From Zancudomyces culisetae HAW-14-8 (Eukaryota > Fungi > Kickxellomycota), in assembly GCA_052426225.1 (NCBI GenBank), contig JBNJNM010000015.1, positions 372,001-436,000 of the forward strand: 64,000 bases of DNA, given 5' to 3'. The translations under genes were made by a program, and so were the position numbers. Numbering within the stretch: the first letter of the stretch is position 1; every line of letters starts with the position of its first letter. The notes beneath the pieces were generated by a model. It saw nothing but the letters and a program-made list of their open reading frames with translations. It was not told where the DNA came from and searched no databases. Positions 12,388-25,600 of this stretch are shown one piece after another.

Positions 12388-13580
12388 ATTCCTTTTTTTT
12401 ATTTTAGACTATGATATTGAACCGAATTCTTTTACTCTATTTAATAACATTTACAATATTTTATGTTATTAAACAATAAACTGACTGCACTTTAAATTGT
12501 AGCTAGTTTATTTGGTTTTTCATTCGCTTTTTGAATACAATTTCATAACCAAAAAAAAATGCAGGAAAGACCTGCATACTCCCCTCACTTAACCAAGGAC
12601 AAATAAATTGACGGGAAAAGTTAGTTCTAGATTTTAGGCGTGTAGAGAAACCCAAGCAAATTTCGAATTTGTGTGTAGTCTCGGACTTCAAAAAAAAACG
12701 TAACACTAAACAGAATAATGTACTACAAACTATGTATATTGAACATACCCAGACGTTGAACTAGTCTTTGAGCTAGCATATGTATTATACAGGCGTAGAA
12801 TAAGCAACAAATTTTTGTATATGCCAGATAACAGTGGTATTGGTGCGCATATATGGATAGTTCATCCATACACACATGTAAAAACACACATAGATATTCA
12901 TCTTTGCTGCGAACCATTGTTGTGATGCTGTTACAAACCCGGTTCACCTGTCTCCGGTAGCACGGCTCACCACTTTTCTTGTTTGTTTTGGCAAAAGATA
13001 CACCATGGTATACGACCCCATACCTCTGTTAGCAGGAATATTTTCACGTCCAGACTCGGGGGGTTTTTCAGTTTGGAGCCTTCAGATGGAAAGCATTCAG
13101 ATGAAAAACAAGCTTTCTTAGCTATCAACAATTAAAATGTGGTCTGTGATGCCTCCAACCTGCTTTATATATTTGCCTATCCCATCTTCTCACAATTTGG
13201 ATGATTTTAACTTCCTCGCCCTTCTCTGCAATGAAGCAATGATTTTTGTTGCAATTTAGTGGAACATTTGTACTGTCCATAAAAATCAGTATCGATTTTT
13301 CGAGACGAACTCCAAAAACCACCAACAAAGCAGAAAAAAATTTTTTTTCCTTGCTTTGGTTTTCAGCAGGGATGAGAAAAATAGCAGATACAACTTAATG
13401 ATTGGATGGAAGCATAAATATCCAAAACTAACAGATTTTAAACAAAAATATTTTTTATTTTGTTTAGGCAGTTTTTACCCTCCCCTTGATTCATGATAAT
13501 TATTATCTAAGTCTTTAGAATATTAAATAAAACTGAAATTTTGCAATCCAAGCAAGTAAATTCGAAGAAAGGTAGAAAAG

Positions 13581-14126
13581 ATGGCAGATCAAGTCGATAG
13601 CACCACAAATATTCAGCAACAATCAGCAGCCAATAAATTGGAAAAGAGAGCACGCAAAGTGCTTGAAAAGCAAGGATTGGTGCTGGTTCCAGGAATCGCA
13701 AGATTGACCATAAAAAGAACCAACACCAAATTAAACGATAAAAGCAACATCTTGTTTATCAACCGACCAGAAGTTTACAAGAGCTTGACAAGCAACACAT
13801 ACGTTGTATTTGGAAAAGCCGAACAACTCATGAACGATGATTTCTTCAATCTTCAACAGCAAATGCAAGCTGCTGCCGCTGCTGCTGCAGAGCAACAAGC
13901 TGCACCCAGCGTCGAGGACGTACAAAAAATGACCGAATCTCTTTCCGTCTCTTCACAAAGCAAGGATACCTCTGAAAAGGAACCTGAGGAAGATTCTACT
14001 GGATTGAATCAAGAGGACATTAGCCTGGTTATGAAACAGGCTAGCGTTAGCAAGAACAAGGCAATTAAGGCTTTGAGGGAGAACAACAATGATGTTGTTG
14101 AGGCGATTATGACTCTTATGATGTGA
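13581..14126 (+). CDS. EGD2: Nascent polypeptide-associated complex alpha subunit
   Basis: EKRARKVL..GL..VPGI.RLTI...ILFINRPEVYKS..SNTYVVFG (NAC domain) and a C-terminal UBA domain (EDISLVMKQASVSKNKAIKALRENNNDVVEAIM). Confidence 0.95.
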   Translation: MADQVDSTTNIQQQSAANKLEKRARKVLEKQGLVLVPGIARLTIKRTNTKLNDKSNILFINRPEVYKSLTSNTYVVFGKAEQLMNDDFFNLQQQMQAAAAAAAEQQAAPSVEDVQKMTESLSVSSQSKDTSEKEPEEDSTGLNQEDISLVMKQASVSKNKAIKALRENNNDVVEAIMTLMM

Positions 14127-14873
14127 TCTTAGTTCGTCCCAATTAATACTATTTTTTTATATCCTGTTCATTTTTGTCAATAATAATAAAAATGAAAATA
14201 TAATAAAACATACTTTGATGGTATGTATAGAGTTGAGACGCTGTTCGTAGTTTCTCTATCTATATATAACTGCCTGCTACCAATTTATCTATTACAAATT
14301 ACCATCCCACCCTTTCCTGCCAACATATCATGTGTGTATCGCAAACCAACATTGCAAGAATTGATAATAATTTTCAGATACTTACATAGAGATCTTAGAG
14401 ATGAAAAGGGCCGCGTAGTAAATATACCAAATCAGCCGAATTTAGAGGCAATGAACTTGAATCATGGAAGAATGCACTAGCTGACTTTTGATTTGACAAT
14501 GGTTAAGTTTTATATATTTCGCCATGTACCAAAAGCGGGAGTTGACTCTTTCAAGGATACAAACTGAGAAAGAAAGAAAGAAAGATGCATAGTATAAGTG
14601 TTAGGTGTAGTTACTTGACTGCAAGTGTACTTTTTCCATTACTGTTGTTGTCTTGACACCTGGATACTGTACATATTATTTGATTTTTTTTCCAACAAGC
14701 TTGGTTTTTTTAAAAATAAGGGGAAAAAAACGGGTACAACTTGAAGAAAATGCGGCCCAAATCCAGGTTAGTATTAACTCTTGGTGTTTAAACACTTCTC
14801 ATCCAAAACCCGAACATTGATAACACAAGAGTATCTTTAGTTACATGCATTTTTTTTAGTACATAGTGCTTAG

Positions 14874-14933
14874 TATGTGATGTAATATGTGATGTAATAT
14901 GTTATTATGTTGTATGTCGTATGTGGTATGTGG
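14874..14933. repeat. Degenerate TATGT-core minisatellite
   Basis: TATGTGATGTAA x2, followed by TATGTTA, TATGTTG, TATGTCG and TATGTGG x2. Confidence 0.7.
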
Positions 14934-15611
14934 TTTTATCGTCTTAGATCTAATAGATGGATTTGTGCTGATACTAACCTAAAACATCATAGGTAAAAAA
15001 AAACGCATGCATTGATTAAAATTTGCCGGTTGTCGCAGCTATTTATTTCAAGTAGACAAGCCCTGTTAGCATGCAAAGTCTCTTTTCACTTTTTCCATTT
15101 TTTCTATTTTCTCGAAATGATGATTCTAAAAGGAGAAAATCATCCAAAAAAACAATAGCGTATATAATTGGACAGCCATTATAGATTTAGTGGCCTGTTC
15201 TAAATTTGCGCACCTAATTTGATTCAAATAATTGGCCCATTAAACCAAGGTAATAGACGAAAAAAATGAGTGTGCAGTTTTTCGATCTTTGTGGTTGTGT
15301 GCCCTGTTTGGTCCACTATGGCTGGAGCGAAAAAATTTACCATTATCACTAGTCAGGTTTTGGCCCCACACTCTGCTTTCCAAGTTTTTTTTCTTTTCAA
15401 CTTTTCGCTATTTTTTTTTTTTGTCAAAGAAAAAAACTAAAAGCTGGAATTGGCTGGAGTATGAGCGTAAAATTCAGAGGGATTTACATGAAAAACTTTT
15501 TTTTTAGTTAACTACTTAATGCATAGCTGGCTGCAAAGTGTTAACCTCTATCTTTTTCTTCTTTTCTTAAAAAACACACACCAAGGCCTTAAAAGGAAAC
15601 GAGTATAATAA

Positions 15612-16708
15612 ATGAAGCCCAAAACTTCGGAGATAGCATTACCAAAGCCCAGGCCCATGCAAGATACAGTCCAGCTCTTAAAACCTCAATCATCTGGAAT
15701 TGTAAAGCAGTCTAAGACTCAAGCTGTTTTCTCAAGTAAGTCCCACGTCTCGTGGTGTTTTCTTTTATGTTCCTTTGCACTTGCATATTTTATTTTATTT
15801 TGTAAATACATTATTGTGTTTTTTTTTTGTTTTTCAATAAGATCATTGTTGCTAATAATACCTTTTTTATAACCAACCTTTCCAACGATTTCGTATTTTG
15901 TTCTCTACGTTTTAGACAAGAGCGCCCAGGTATGTAAAGGCTTATTTATATTATTCGCTCTTTTTGTTGTTGTTTTTGTTTTTAGTTAATGACCTTAATT
16001 GCGGCTAAATTAGATTGATTTCAATTCTTTCAGCATGCCAATACTAAGAAAGTACAGACAAGTTTTTAAGCTTAATGTCAAAGCTAGGTCTTCGAAGGAT
16101 GATCTGGCAACTGCTGCCTCCAAGCATCATTCTCAATACGCAATCGACGAAGTGGATACCATAGCACGATTCGTTTATACGGTTAAGAGTAAAGGTAAAA
16201 TAGTTTATTTATGATGGTTTGCGCCAAATTGGTATACAGATAAGTTATATCCACATGTGCGTTTCCTTATTCTTACTTTCCCTAAAATCTAGAGAAGAGG
16301 TAGCCCTGTATTTTTCCGCAGCACATCATTCATTCCTCAGGAGCAAAAGAAATATTCCCGCACACTGTTTTTGTATATTGTATATGGGATTAATTGTAAA
16401 AGTAATTAGGGTTTCTAGATACTAGAAACTTTTGTTTTTAAAGCACTACACACACTATGTGGTTCTAATACCACATCAAATCAGCAAATCACTATTAGAA
16501 ATAAACGTTCTTTTTATCGAGATAAACTTGCAGACGTTTTTTTAGCTTTTCTTTACTAAGAATTTAATTACATTTAAACGATTCGGAGATATATTATTTT
16601 TGGTTTTACATTACCATTTTCTTTATCCAAGATCTCTGCTTGTCTCCAAAGGCAGAATATCGACCAGCTGTGCGTTTAAATTTTTCTAAAGTTGAAAATT
16701 TTGAGTGA
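15612..16708 (+). CDS. SAP30: SAP30 Sin3-binding-domain protein (histone deacetylase complex subunit), with 14-nt micro-exon
   Basis: Exons 15612-15735, 15916-15929, 16014-16194 and a tentative last exon 16632-16708. IDFNSFSMPILRKYRQVFKL...SKDDLATAASKHH...DEVDTIARFVYTVK matches the SAP30_Sin3_bdg pattern. Confidence 0.8.
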
Positions 16709-18400
16709 TATGTGTCAGGTCCTTGATGTGCGGTTTTAGGCTTTTGGGTCGTTGTTTAAGTTGCTATCCTACCCAGTCAGCACTGCCAGGGGGGGGGGGG
16801 GGAGGTTGTTGGTTTTACAAAGTGAGTATGAAAAATAAAGATATTGAAAACCCCTACTAATTGAAGCACTTGTTAACACCATTCTAGTTGGTGTTGTGAG
16901 ACACTAACACCCGTTGCTTGTTTATTTTATGATGGAGTGAGTATATTTGAAAATAAATTTGTCAAAACTGCTGTATTAAATGCATAGGATCCTCCACTTT
17001 ATCATACTGGATGGCTTTATTTTATCTAGTTACGTGAGCGAAAAAGTATAAGAACAAAAAGAAAAAGGATTAGTATTTGAAATAGGAATAGGAACAAACA
17101 TAGAATATATTGCGCTCTTTTCTTTCAACCCTTCTAGAATGATACAAAGCGTTGCTGAATTTTACAAGAGAGTAACGCTAAATAGCTCCCGGATACACAT
17201 TTTGGAACTTTATATCCAATTCATGCAGCAACAATCTACACAGAAAACACGACAACGATTCGCCTATACACATCTTACTGAGCGGTCAAGCAGTTCTATT
17301 GTTTGGATGTGTTATTTCGGTAGATATGTGATTAGTATTCTGTGTAATCATTTGTTTGTTTGTGTTTATGGACAAGATCTATTTTACCACTACCTTCTTC
17401 CCCATTAAATGTCTAACTACAACTTTTGAAGTGTATTTTGGACTATTCAACTACTGTCCTATTCCTAATAGTTATATGGGCCCAGAGTGCAGGTTGTACA
17501 GCATTATCACCGCTAATTGCCGTTGTATACAAGTGTATTGGCTTTCTGTTTCCATCACATGTTAATTTGGCTTTGCAACATACTTTTGCAATGGGATATT
17601 CTCAGTAAATGCCCACAAATCCAATGAGTTGTAAAGAGAATCCCAACAATGAGGCAAAAATAAAAAAACAGCAGTTTTATCAGTTAATTGGATGGGACTT
17701 AATCAAAGTATAAGTCATAACAAGAGTGCCAGCAAATAAAAGGTTGCTGTCTCTGTTTATTCAGACCTGCGATTTGCCAGCGTGGTTGCAGACAAGATAT
17801 GAAGTTGAGTTTGCCAATTATTTTATGGGTTTTTTGTTATTTAAAAATAGAAAACAAAAAAAAATAAAAAGCCAAAAAGCAGAATAAATTATTTTATGGT
17901 TTTGAGATTGAATTGGTCGCTTTGTCAATCCTATATCCTCATTGTCAACCCAAATTTGGCAAATTAAATTTAGGAATCTTGTTGATTATATAGAATTGGG
18001 ATATTTGAACAAAGATAAAAGCCAGTTTGTTGATGTTGTCCAAAAATCCACCGACTAAGTCCAAATTCAAAAAATTATAAACTCATATTATCGTTGTTGT
18101 AAATACAAACAAAGGGACCATTGGCTGATAATCTAGCGATAATTACCCAAAACCCAAGTTTAAACTTATTTTCAAGATTCCAAATACAAGTGTTGGGTAA
18201 GCTAATTCCTACGAAAAGTTTCAACCGTATTATATTGGACTTCGAGGTGGGGCAACAAATGGATATATAAGATCAAATATTCCCTTTTATATGCAATTAA
18301 CACAACTCTTGTTTACCCTCTGTAACGTTTAGAATAAAAGGAATAAAGACAAAAAATAATAGAAAAAGCGGCGATAGCGTAAACCATTATATCTCTAGAA

Positions 18401-19489
18401 ATGAAGTTTTTCAATACAGGCTTATTCCTCAGTGCCATTTTTACTGTTTCAAATGCTGATTCTCGGTTTAACGGTCTCAACTACAACCCTAAGCGAGATG
18501 CGAACGGCTGCCCATCGCTGGACGATGTGAAGTCTGATCTTAACGTGCTTTCAAAGTACACAGACACACTTAGAATCTATAGCACAGTAGATTGTAATGC
18601 AGGTGAGATGCTCCTCAAAGCAATAAAAGGTAGCCCATGGAAGCTGTATTTGGGGATTTGGGTAGGCCAAGACGATAATTCTTACAATGCTGACAAAGAC
18701 GAGATTATTAGACTCAGCAAGCTTTACGATCTGAAATCATATGTCAAAGGCGTAGTTGTTGGAAGCGAAGCAATCTATCGAAAGGAACGAACAGCCGAGC
18801 AAATGGCATCGTTGGTAAGTGATACAAAAAGTACACTGGGATCAAATGGACTTGGAAGTATAAAAGTAACTTCTTCAGAAACATGGCCATGGTATCAAAC
18901 ACCATTAATCAATGCTGTTGACTTTTTGTTTGTACACGTATTTCCATTTTGGGAGGGCAAAACAATCGAAGAATCGAGTGATGTTGCTTTTGGGCACATT
19001 TATGATCTCCAAAAGGTGGCTCAAGGAAAGAAAGTGGTTATTGCAGAATCCGGATGGCCATCAGCTGGAGACAACTATGGGGCCTCAGTAGCCAGTCTCA
19101 CAAACGCACAAAAGTATATGAGTGACTTTGTTTGTAGAGCATCTGCGGAAAATATTGACTATTTATACTTTTCAGCCATTGATGCGCCATGGGCATCGAC
19201 AAATAATGCATCAAATGTTGAATCTCACTGGGGAATAATCTTGAGTGACCATAAAACGCCAAAGTTTTCTGGAAACAATTGGTTTGATTGCGCAAGTGCG
19301 CCCAAGAAACCATCAAACTCCACCAGCACAAAGACAGGTAGTACTCAAACCTCAAGCTCCGCCTCGAATACATCTTCGCAAGACTCCACAGTCAGTTCTA
19401 CTCTTTCATCCAGCGCCACTATTACACCAGGAATAATTGTCTTTGTATCAACAGTTGTGCTGTCTGCACTTGCCTCTGCCATATTTTAA
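18401..19489 (+). CDS. GH17 beta-1,3-glucanase/glucanosyltransferase (Bgl2-like), secreted, probably GPI-anchored
   Basis: Signal peptide, GLNYNP...C, LRIYS..DC, VGSEAIYR (acid/base Glu), FPFWEG, IAESGWPS (nucleophile Glu), ESHWGI. Ends in a Ser/Thr-rich stalk and hydrophobic C-terminus. Confidence 0.93.
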   Translation: MKFFNTGLFLSAIFTVSNADSRFNGLNYNPKRDANGCPSLDDVKSDLNVLSKYTDTLRIYSTVDCNAGEMLLKAIKGSPWKLYLGIWVGQDDNSYNADKDEIIRLSKLYDLKSYVKGVVVGSEAIYRKERTAEQMASLVSDTKSTLGSNGLGSIKVTSSETWPWYQTPLINAVDFLFVHVFPFWEGKTIEESSDVAFGHIYDLQKVAQGKKVVIAESGWPSAGDNYGASVASLTNAQKYMSDFVCRASAENIDYLYFSAIDAPWASTNNASNVESHWGIILSDHKTPKFSGNNWFDCASAPKKPSNSTSTKTGSTQTSSSASNTSSQDSTVSSTLSSSATITPGIIVFVSTVVLSALASAIF

Positions 19490-19880
19490 CACCTTTTTTA
19501 AGAGTGAATTCAGTTAACGATTATTTATAAATTGCAGTATATATTCTGCTATAGCACGCTTTATGTTATTTTTTTTGTTTTCTTTTAGACCTTTAACGAA
19601 AAATATGATGTTACTCTCGAATAAATGCGCAAATGCGGAACCTTTTTCGCATTTACACCTCATTTTTTGGCTGGAAATTCTGGATAACCAATTAGACCAA
19701 AGTTCTCTAGTTTGATTTAATTTGCGTGCTACCAAATGTACTTGTATATTGTTTATGAACAACAGGTTCACTGTCAGAGTTATTTAATAAAACCGAGATA
19801 AAAAACAAACGTGATTTCCCATTTTTACACACCCAATTTAATTAAAAAAGTCAAAGGAAAAGGGAAAGGGAGAAGGGAAA

Positions 19881-21053
19881 ATGTCGCTGGGCAGAACATC
19901 ATTCGCACCAGAATCGAAATCAAGACGCGCGTCGGCTTTAGAAAAAAGTTTGGCAAGAAAAAGGGGTTCCGAGGTAAGTATAATACACACCAATAATCAT
20001 CCTCTATTTTTGTAGTTTTCTTTGTAGTCTTTTTGCATTTTTCTTTGAATGAATGACTGCAGTAGATACATGAATAAAATAGGTTAGCTTGGGTTTATAT
20101 GCATTGCTGTTTTCAGAAATTGTTCAATACTCGCAGAATCGAGTCGTGGGAATCCAGGACTTGGAACAAAAGTAAGAGGCACTGAATATTTTATTTAAAA
20201 GATTTTCGCAGCTGAACCTCTTAATCTTTTGTATTTATTTCTTTACATAGATTGGCAGAGATAGGATACAGGGTTGGGATTCGGGTATATGAGCTGACGA
20301 TGGCCAGAGAGAGGGTGATTAAGCGAGAGAACAGATTGCTGAATGTGCTGCTCTACATAAACACTGTAGTTTGGAAATTTCTTTTTGGAAAACCAGCAGA
20401 TTCCTTGGAGAAAAGTACCGAGAACAAAGATGAATGTACGTTTATTGGTAATGGGGAATAAGACGTTGACATATACTGTCCTTATCTCTTCAAACGCTTT
20501 TCCTTATTTATTTTTTGAAATACCCACGAGGTAGAAATACGCATGGGTCGAGAAGCCAATACATACGTACTTTTAAAACAATATATCGTTATCAAAATAA
20601 CCAACAGCTGTACGTGTGAATACTTTACACAATAGATATGATAACAGATAATGAGCCTTTGGTTTTTAAGTTTATTTCCGTACCAAAAGAAATGTCTTCT
20701 TTTAGCCCCAGCTCATTTGTATCTGGGATTATAGAGGCAATAATGGATGCCAGTTTGTGTGTAAGTGTGTATACTGTTGCTTTATTTTATTTCCATTTTT
20801 CTTTACTCTGCCACCCTACTCCATTTTTTTTTTTACATCTCAAATATTGTTAGATATAATTGTGTGACTACTATCGAGTATACCCTGTTTTTTATTTATT
20901 TAATACAGAATTGACTCTTATATACCTACATAGCCTGCGAGAGTAACCGCACATTCGGTACCCGTTGAGAGAAAGCCCCACAGAACTGTCATTTTACTTA
21001 AGGTAGATAAGTCGGTTTTGGAAAGAGAGGAGAAACTCGGAGGTGTTAAATAA
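19881..21053 (+). CDS. TRS31: TRAPP complex subunit 5 (Trs31), 5 exons
   Basis: MSLGRT...E|VSLGLYALLFSEIVQYSQNRVVGIQDLEQK|LAEIGYRVGIR...VWKFLFGKPADSLEKS...E|YMITDNEPLVFKFISVPKEMSSF...GIIEA|PARVTAHSVP...RTVILLK; TAA at 21051-21053. Confidence 0.93.
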
Positions 21054-22645
21054 CCGCTAAGAAACGGATAACGTGTCAGCTAAATTATTACATCCGTTGA
21101 TATGTTTTAGTGTATTTTTGTACATTCGATTTATTTATACCTTACAATACACCTGGGCCTACTAAAATACACACATTCGTATTCTGATGCCATGCTGGAA
21201 AAGCCAAGTTGCTCTAAGTAATGAACCGATTGGTTTTTATAACTATTCAAGACAAGTTGTATAAAGTACCTGATTGTATTTTTGTATATCTTTCCAAATA
21301 AATTGATCATTGATGATAGCTAGGGAATCGATATTGGTTACAAGATACTGGTTAACGCAGCACAAAGAAAGGGTTTTTCCAGTTTGTAAATACAATATGT
21401 AATATATAAATGACTGTGATATCAAAATAAAGTGGGTGAAGTGAGGTATAAATTCATATCCCAGTGTTAATTTTAGAAACATGCGACCAAAACCTACGTC
21501 TCATGCAGAAATGTAAATTCATGGCTTGGATGGTTGGTGTTTTGATGAACGCATGCATGGTATTTACTCCTGATCCTTCCCCTGCTAAAATATAAATGAA
21601 ATTCCGCTCTTTCCTTAAATAAAATTAGGAATGTGTTTTTGTTCGTCGTTACCTCGTCTATGGAGACTTGAGTGTAGATTCCAAATAGAGTTATTGAATC
21701 AAATACCGGATTTTTCCCGCTAAAAAGTACACGCAATCAAGGAAAAATGAGTGGGATCAAAACAAGTAAGCATATTTCAAGTATCATTACCAAATGCTTT
21801 TACGACTGCTTGATTCGTTGGTTCTTATGTTGGGAAAGCCTATTTGACACATTCTCATTTATGTACACCACCATTTTCAACACGGCTCTAGACCAACTTC
21901 AATAGGTCTGAAATGTGCTTGGAGAAGGGCTAAGCGAATCCAACTTTGGATTACTTTTCTATTCATGTGGTGGAGCCCAAAATTTTAAATAGTTGGGGTT
22001 AGTTTCATCAACTTTTTTTTTCCTATAAAAATAATAGTTTGCTTTGATTCTGTTCTTCTTGAAGAGCATATTATAGTTTGACAAAAGATAATAAACTATA
22101 TTATTTGAGCTTCAACTAAATCTAACTTGATAAACCTTTAACATTTAAGGTTGAAATTTGAAAGTAAGATTAAAAAAAGTAGGCACGACGATTGAAATCC
22201 TAAATCGAACCACAAAAAAGTATCTGCTAAAATATAAAGAGGAAACGTACATTTTGACACCTAGAGCAATCTCTTTAGATAAAAATAAACGATAATGAGT
22301 GGTAAAGGCAGTTCAAGAAAGCCATCCCCGATAGATACAAACCGGCCAAAAGAAGATGGATATTTGGATCCGAGCGGATACGCAGAGAATGGGTATGAGA
22401 ACGGTAAAACAGCTGATACAATCTACCCCAAATCTCCACACTTTTTTGATTTTCCAACAAAATTCAAGAGAAAAAGTAGGCTTCAGTATTATATTATCTA
22501 GATGGTTGCTACACACGACTTTGTATTTATAAAATGCGTTTAGCCTGAGTATAAATTCTAGTAGCCCTATTGCTATCGATGATTTTCTTTGATATATTTT
22601 CAGCTATATAAAGGTTAGCTGTACCAACACTAGAATACTAATTCG

Positions 22646-25600
22646 ATGACAAAAAATAATAATAAAATAGCTATTGTTGGGGTCTGTGCAATGGATCAAA
22701 AGGCCAGGTCTAGAGCCATGCAAAACATTCTCGACCGTCTAATGTCGTATGGAAGATATCAAGTGATAATATTTGGTGATCAGACTATATTAAACGAAGG
22801 TATTTCTATATCTTGTTTGTTTGATGAATGCATTATTACAGAGCAATTATAAATATTTCAATATGTTTGTTAAGTTACATTGTGCGGTTACTTACAGTGT
22901 GTTAATATAAACTAAAAATAAATAGATGTCAGTAAATGGCCAAAGTGCGATATTCTATTATCGTTTTATTCGACAGGATTTCCATTGGATAAAGCAGCAC
23001 AGTATGTTATGGAAAGAAAACCATATCTTGTAAACTCAACCAGACTCCAGCACCTATTATTTGACAGAAGAATCGTTTTGGAGATGTTGGATACGCTGGG
23101 TATAGATACACCACGGAGAGTTTTAGCACAACGAGATGGAGGCCCAAAGCTATATAAAGCAGCACAGGATTTAATTTATAGCCGATATGGTGTTAGGCTT
23201 GGAGAAAAGCTTCAAGGAGTTTACAGTAAAGTGGAGATAGTCGATGAGGACACAATAAAAGTTGACGGTGTTGAGATGAGAAAACCGTTTGTGGAAAAAC
23301 CAGTTGACGCCGAAGATCACAATATATACATTTATTATCCCAAAGATCAGGGAGGTGGTGTAAGAAAGTTGTTTAGAAAAGTTGGAAACAAGTCTAGTAA
23401 ATATTATCCAGAGCTGAGTGAAATCCGACAGGATGGATCGTATATATATGAGGAATTTATTGATACAAATAACTCTGTGGATGTTAAGGCTTACATACTT
23501 GGAAACGACCACATTTATGCAGAAACACGCAAATCGCCGGTAGTTGACGGAGTGGTGAGGCGAAACGCGGAAGGAAAGGAAGTAAGACACAAAACTACGC
23601 TTAGTGAGAAAGAAGTTGAGATGGCGAAAAAGATAAACGAGGGATTTGGACAAAAAGTGTGCGGATTCGACTTGTTGAGGGATAATGACAGATCGATGGT
23701 TATGGACGTTAATGGATGGTCGTTTGTCAAGGGAAAAAACGAGTACTACGATAGCGCTGCATTTACATTAGACAAATGGTTTATTGATGCGATGAAAAAC
23801 TCATGGATGTCTAAATTTGTCAGAGGGTCAGATATGGCAGAAGAGGATGAACCGGATTATGAGAGTCAGTGGACATTAAAGGGAATTTTTAGTGTTTGCA
23901 GACATGCAGACAGAACACCTAAACAGAAGATTAAATATAATATCCGAAGCCAAAAAATAATGGAATACTTGAAAAATGGTAAAAATGAAGTGATTCTCAA
24001 AAAAGAGGAAGAGCTCAGTAGATTTTTGGAAATAGTCAAGAGTGAGCTTGTTAATGGAACCCACGACAGTCACTCAGATAATAATAGTCTTAGAGCTATT
24101 CAGGACATCTTATACAGAAAGATGAAGCTGGTAGGCACCAAAATACAATTGAAGTCCAATTTCTCTAAAAAGTCAGGAGAACTTGTTGATGTCCAGGTAA
24201 TAATAAAATGGGGAGGAGAATGTACACATGCTGGGCTTATCCAGGCACAGGATCTTGCAGAGACAATAAAGAAGGATTTGAAGCTACTGAATCCAAAACT
24301 GCTGGATAATATCAAGCTGTACAAAAGTTCGGAAAGAAGGGTAGCTGCAACTGTTGATGTGTTCCATAAGGTGGTATGCCCCCAGGTAGTAAGAATAGAG
24401 CAAGATCCAGATGCAGAAAATTATATTAGGACATGCCCTGAAATGCTAGATGATAGTTCGGACGCTAAACCAGAAATGGAAATAGCAAAGACACATTTGC
24501 GAAATTACTTTAATTACCGAGGCCCCATTCTAACCAATCCTTATGCCACGCCTGATATAGATTTTATGAAAACGCTAAAAGAAAACAACATTACATTTAA
24601 TAGTAGCTTGGGAGAAAACGGTTGCAATAACCCAAGAGAATTTATAAAATCTATTGGGTATTTATTAAACAAATTGGTAGGTATAATGAATAGGAACTTT
24701 ACGCTTTTGAGTCCAGAAAAAATTAAAGAGATACAACCAGAGTGGTGCTGTTATGAAACCCCAGAGCTTTTCAGAGAGAGATGGATAAAAATGCTGGAAG
24801 ATTTCCGATTTGAGACCATGGAGGATGTTATATTTGAACCTACCAAGATAGGAGAGCTACATGATTCGTTGAAGTATGATGCACTTCACAACTATAGGTT
24901 TTTGGAAAAAATATTCTGCCCTATTGATTCGTATATTGAAAGTACATCACTGTCAGAGTTGAGTAGTAGTAGTTATAAAAATAGTGGTGGTAGTGGTAGT
25001 TGTGGTGGTGGTGGTGGTGGTGAAGAGTGGGGTTGGTGGAGAGAAGGGGGAGAAGAAAGAAAAAAGCAAGGTGAAAAAGAAATAGGTGGAGGTGGAACAG
25101 CGCAGTTGGATGGAACCCAACCAACAAACGGTACTGTATTGCACACAAATGCCGTTTCCAAGAGGACAGAGATGCGAAGAAGTATTAGCACAGGGCCAGT
25201 TATTACGCACCAATCTACCAGAAATGCTCGATCAATGACCAAAAAAACAACTGTGGGAAGTGAGGAAGCAAAAGCGACAGATGTTGGGAATACAAGTATA
25301 AATGTGACATCCAATATATATACAGGTAAAATGCCTCATTTTGGTATTATTGGAGGCGCAAATAGCAATGGTTCGGAGTTTGAGGACGAGTTGGATCACT
25401 CTAACCTGTCTAATAGCACTGCAGCGTTGATGAGAAACAACGGAAAGAGGGGATCAATTTCATTATTGCTTAGCTCCCTTAATATGGATGCTGAAGCTAA
25501 CAAAAATAAAAACGAAAATGGCCGTCCAAACGAAGATAAAAGAAAAAAACAACATATAGCTCTTGAAGATACGATTAAGGAAGGAGCTGGGAACAAAAGT

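Noticed and set aside
12995-13045. ATATTCCTG...ATACCAT on the minus strand resembling snR30/U17 m1/m2 motifs
   Set aside because: Both motifs are imperfect, the flanking lower stem does not pair, and there is no ACA box at the expected spacing.
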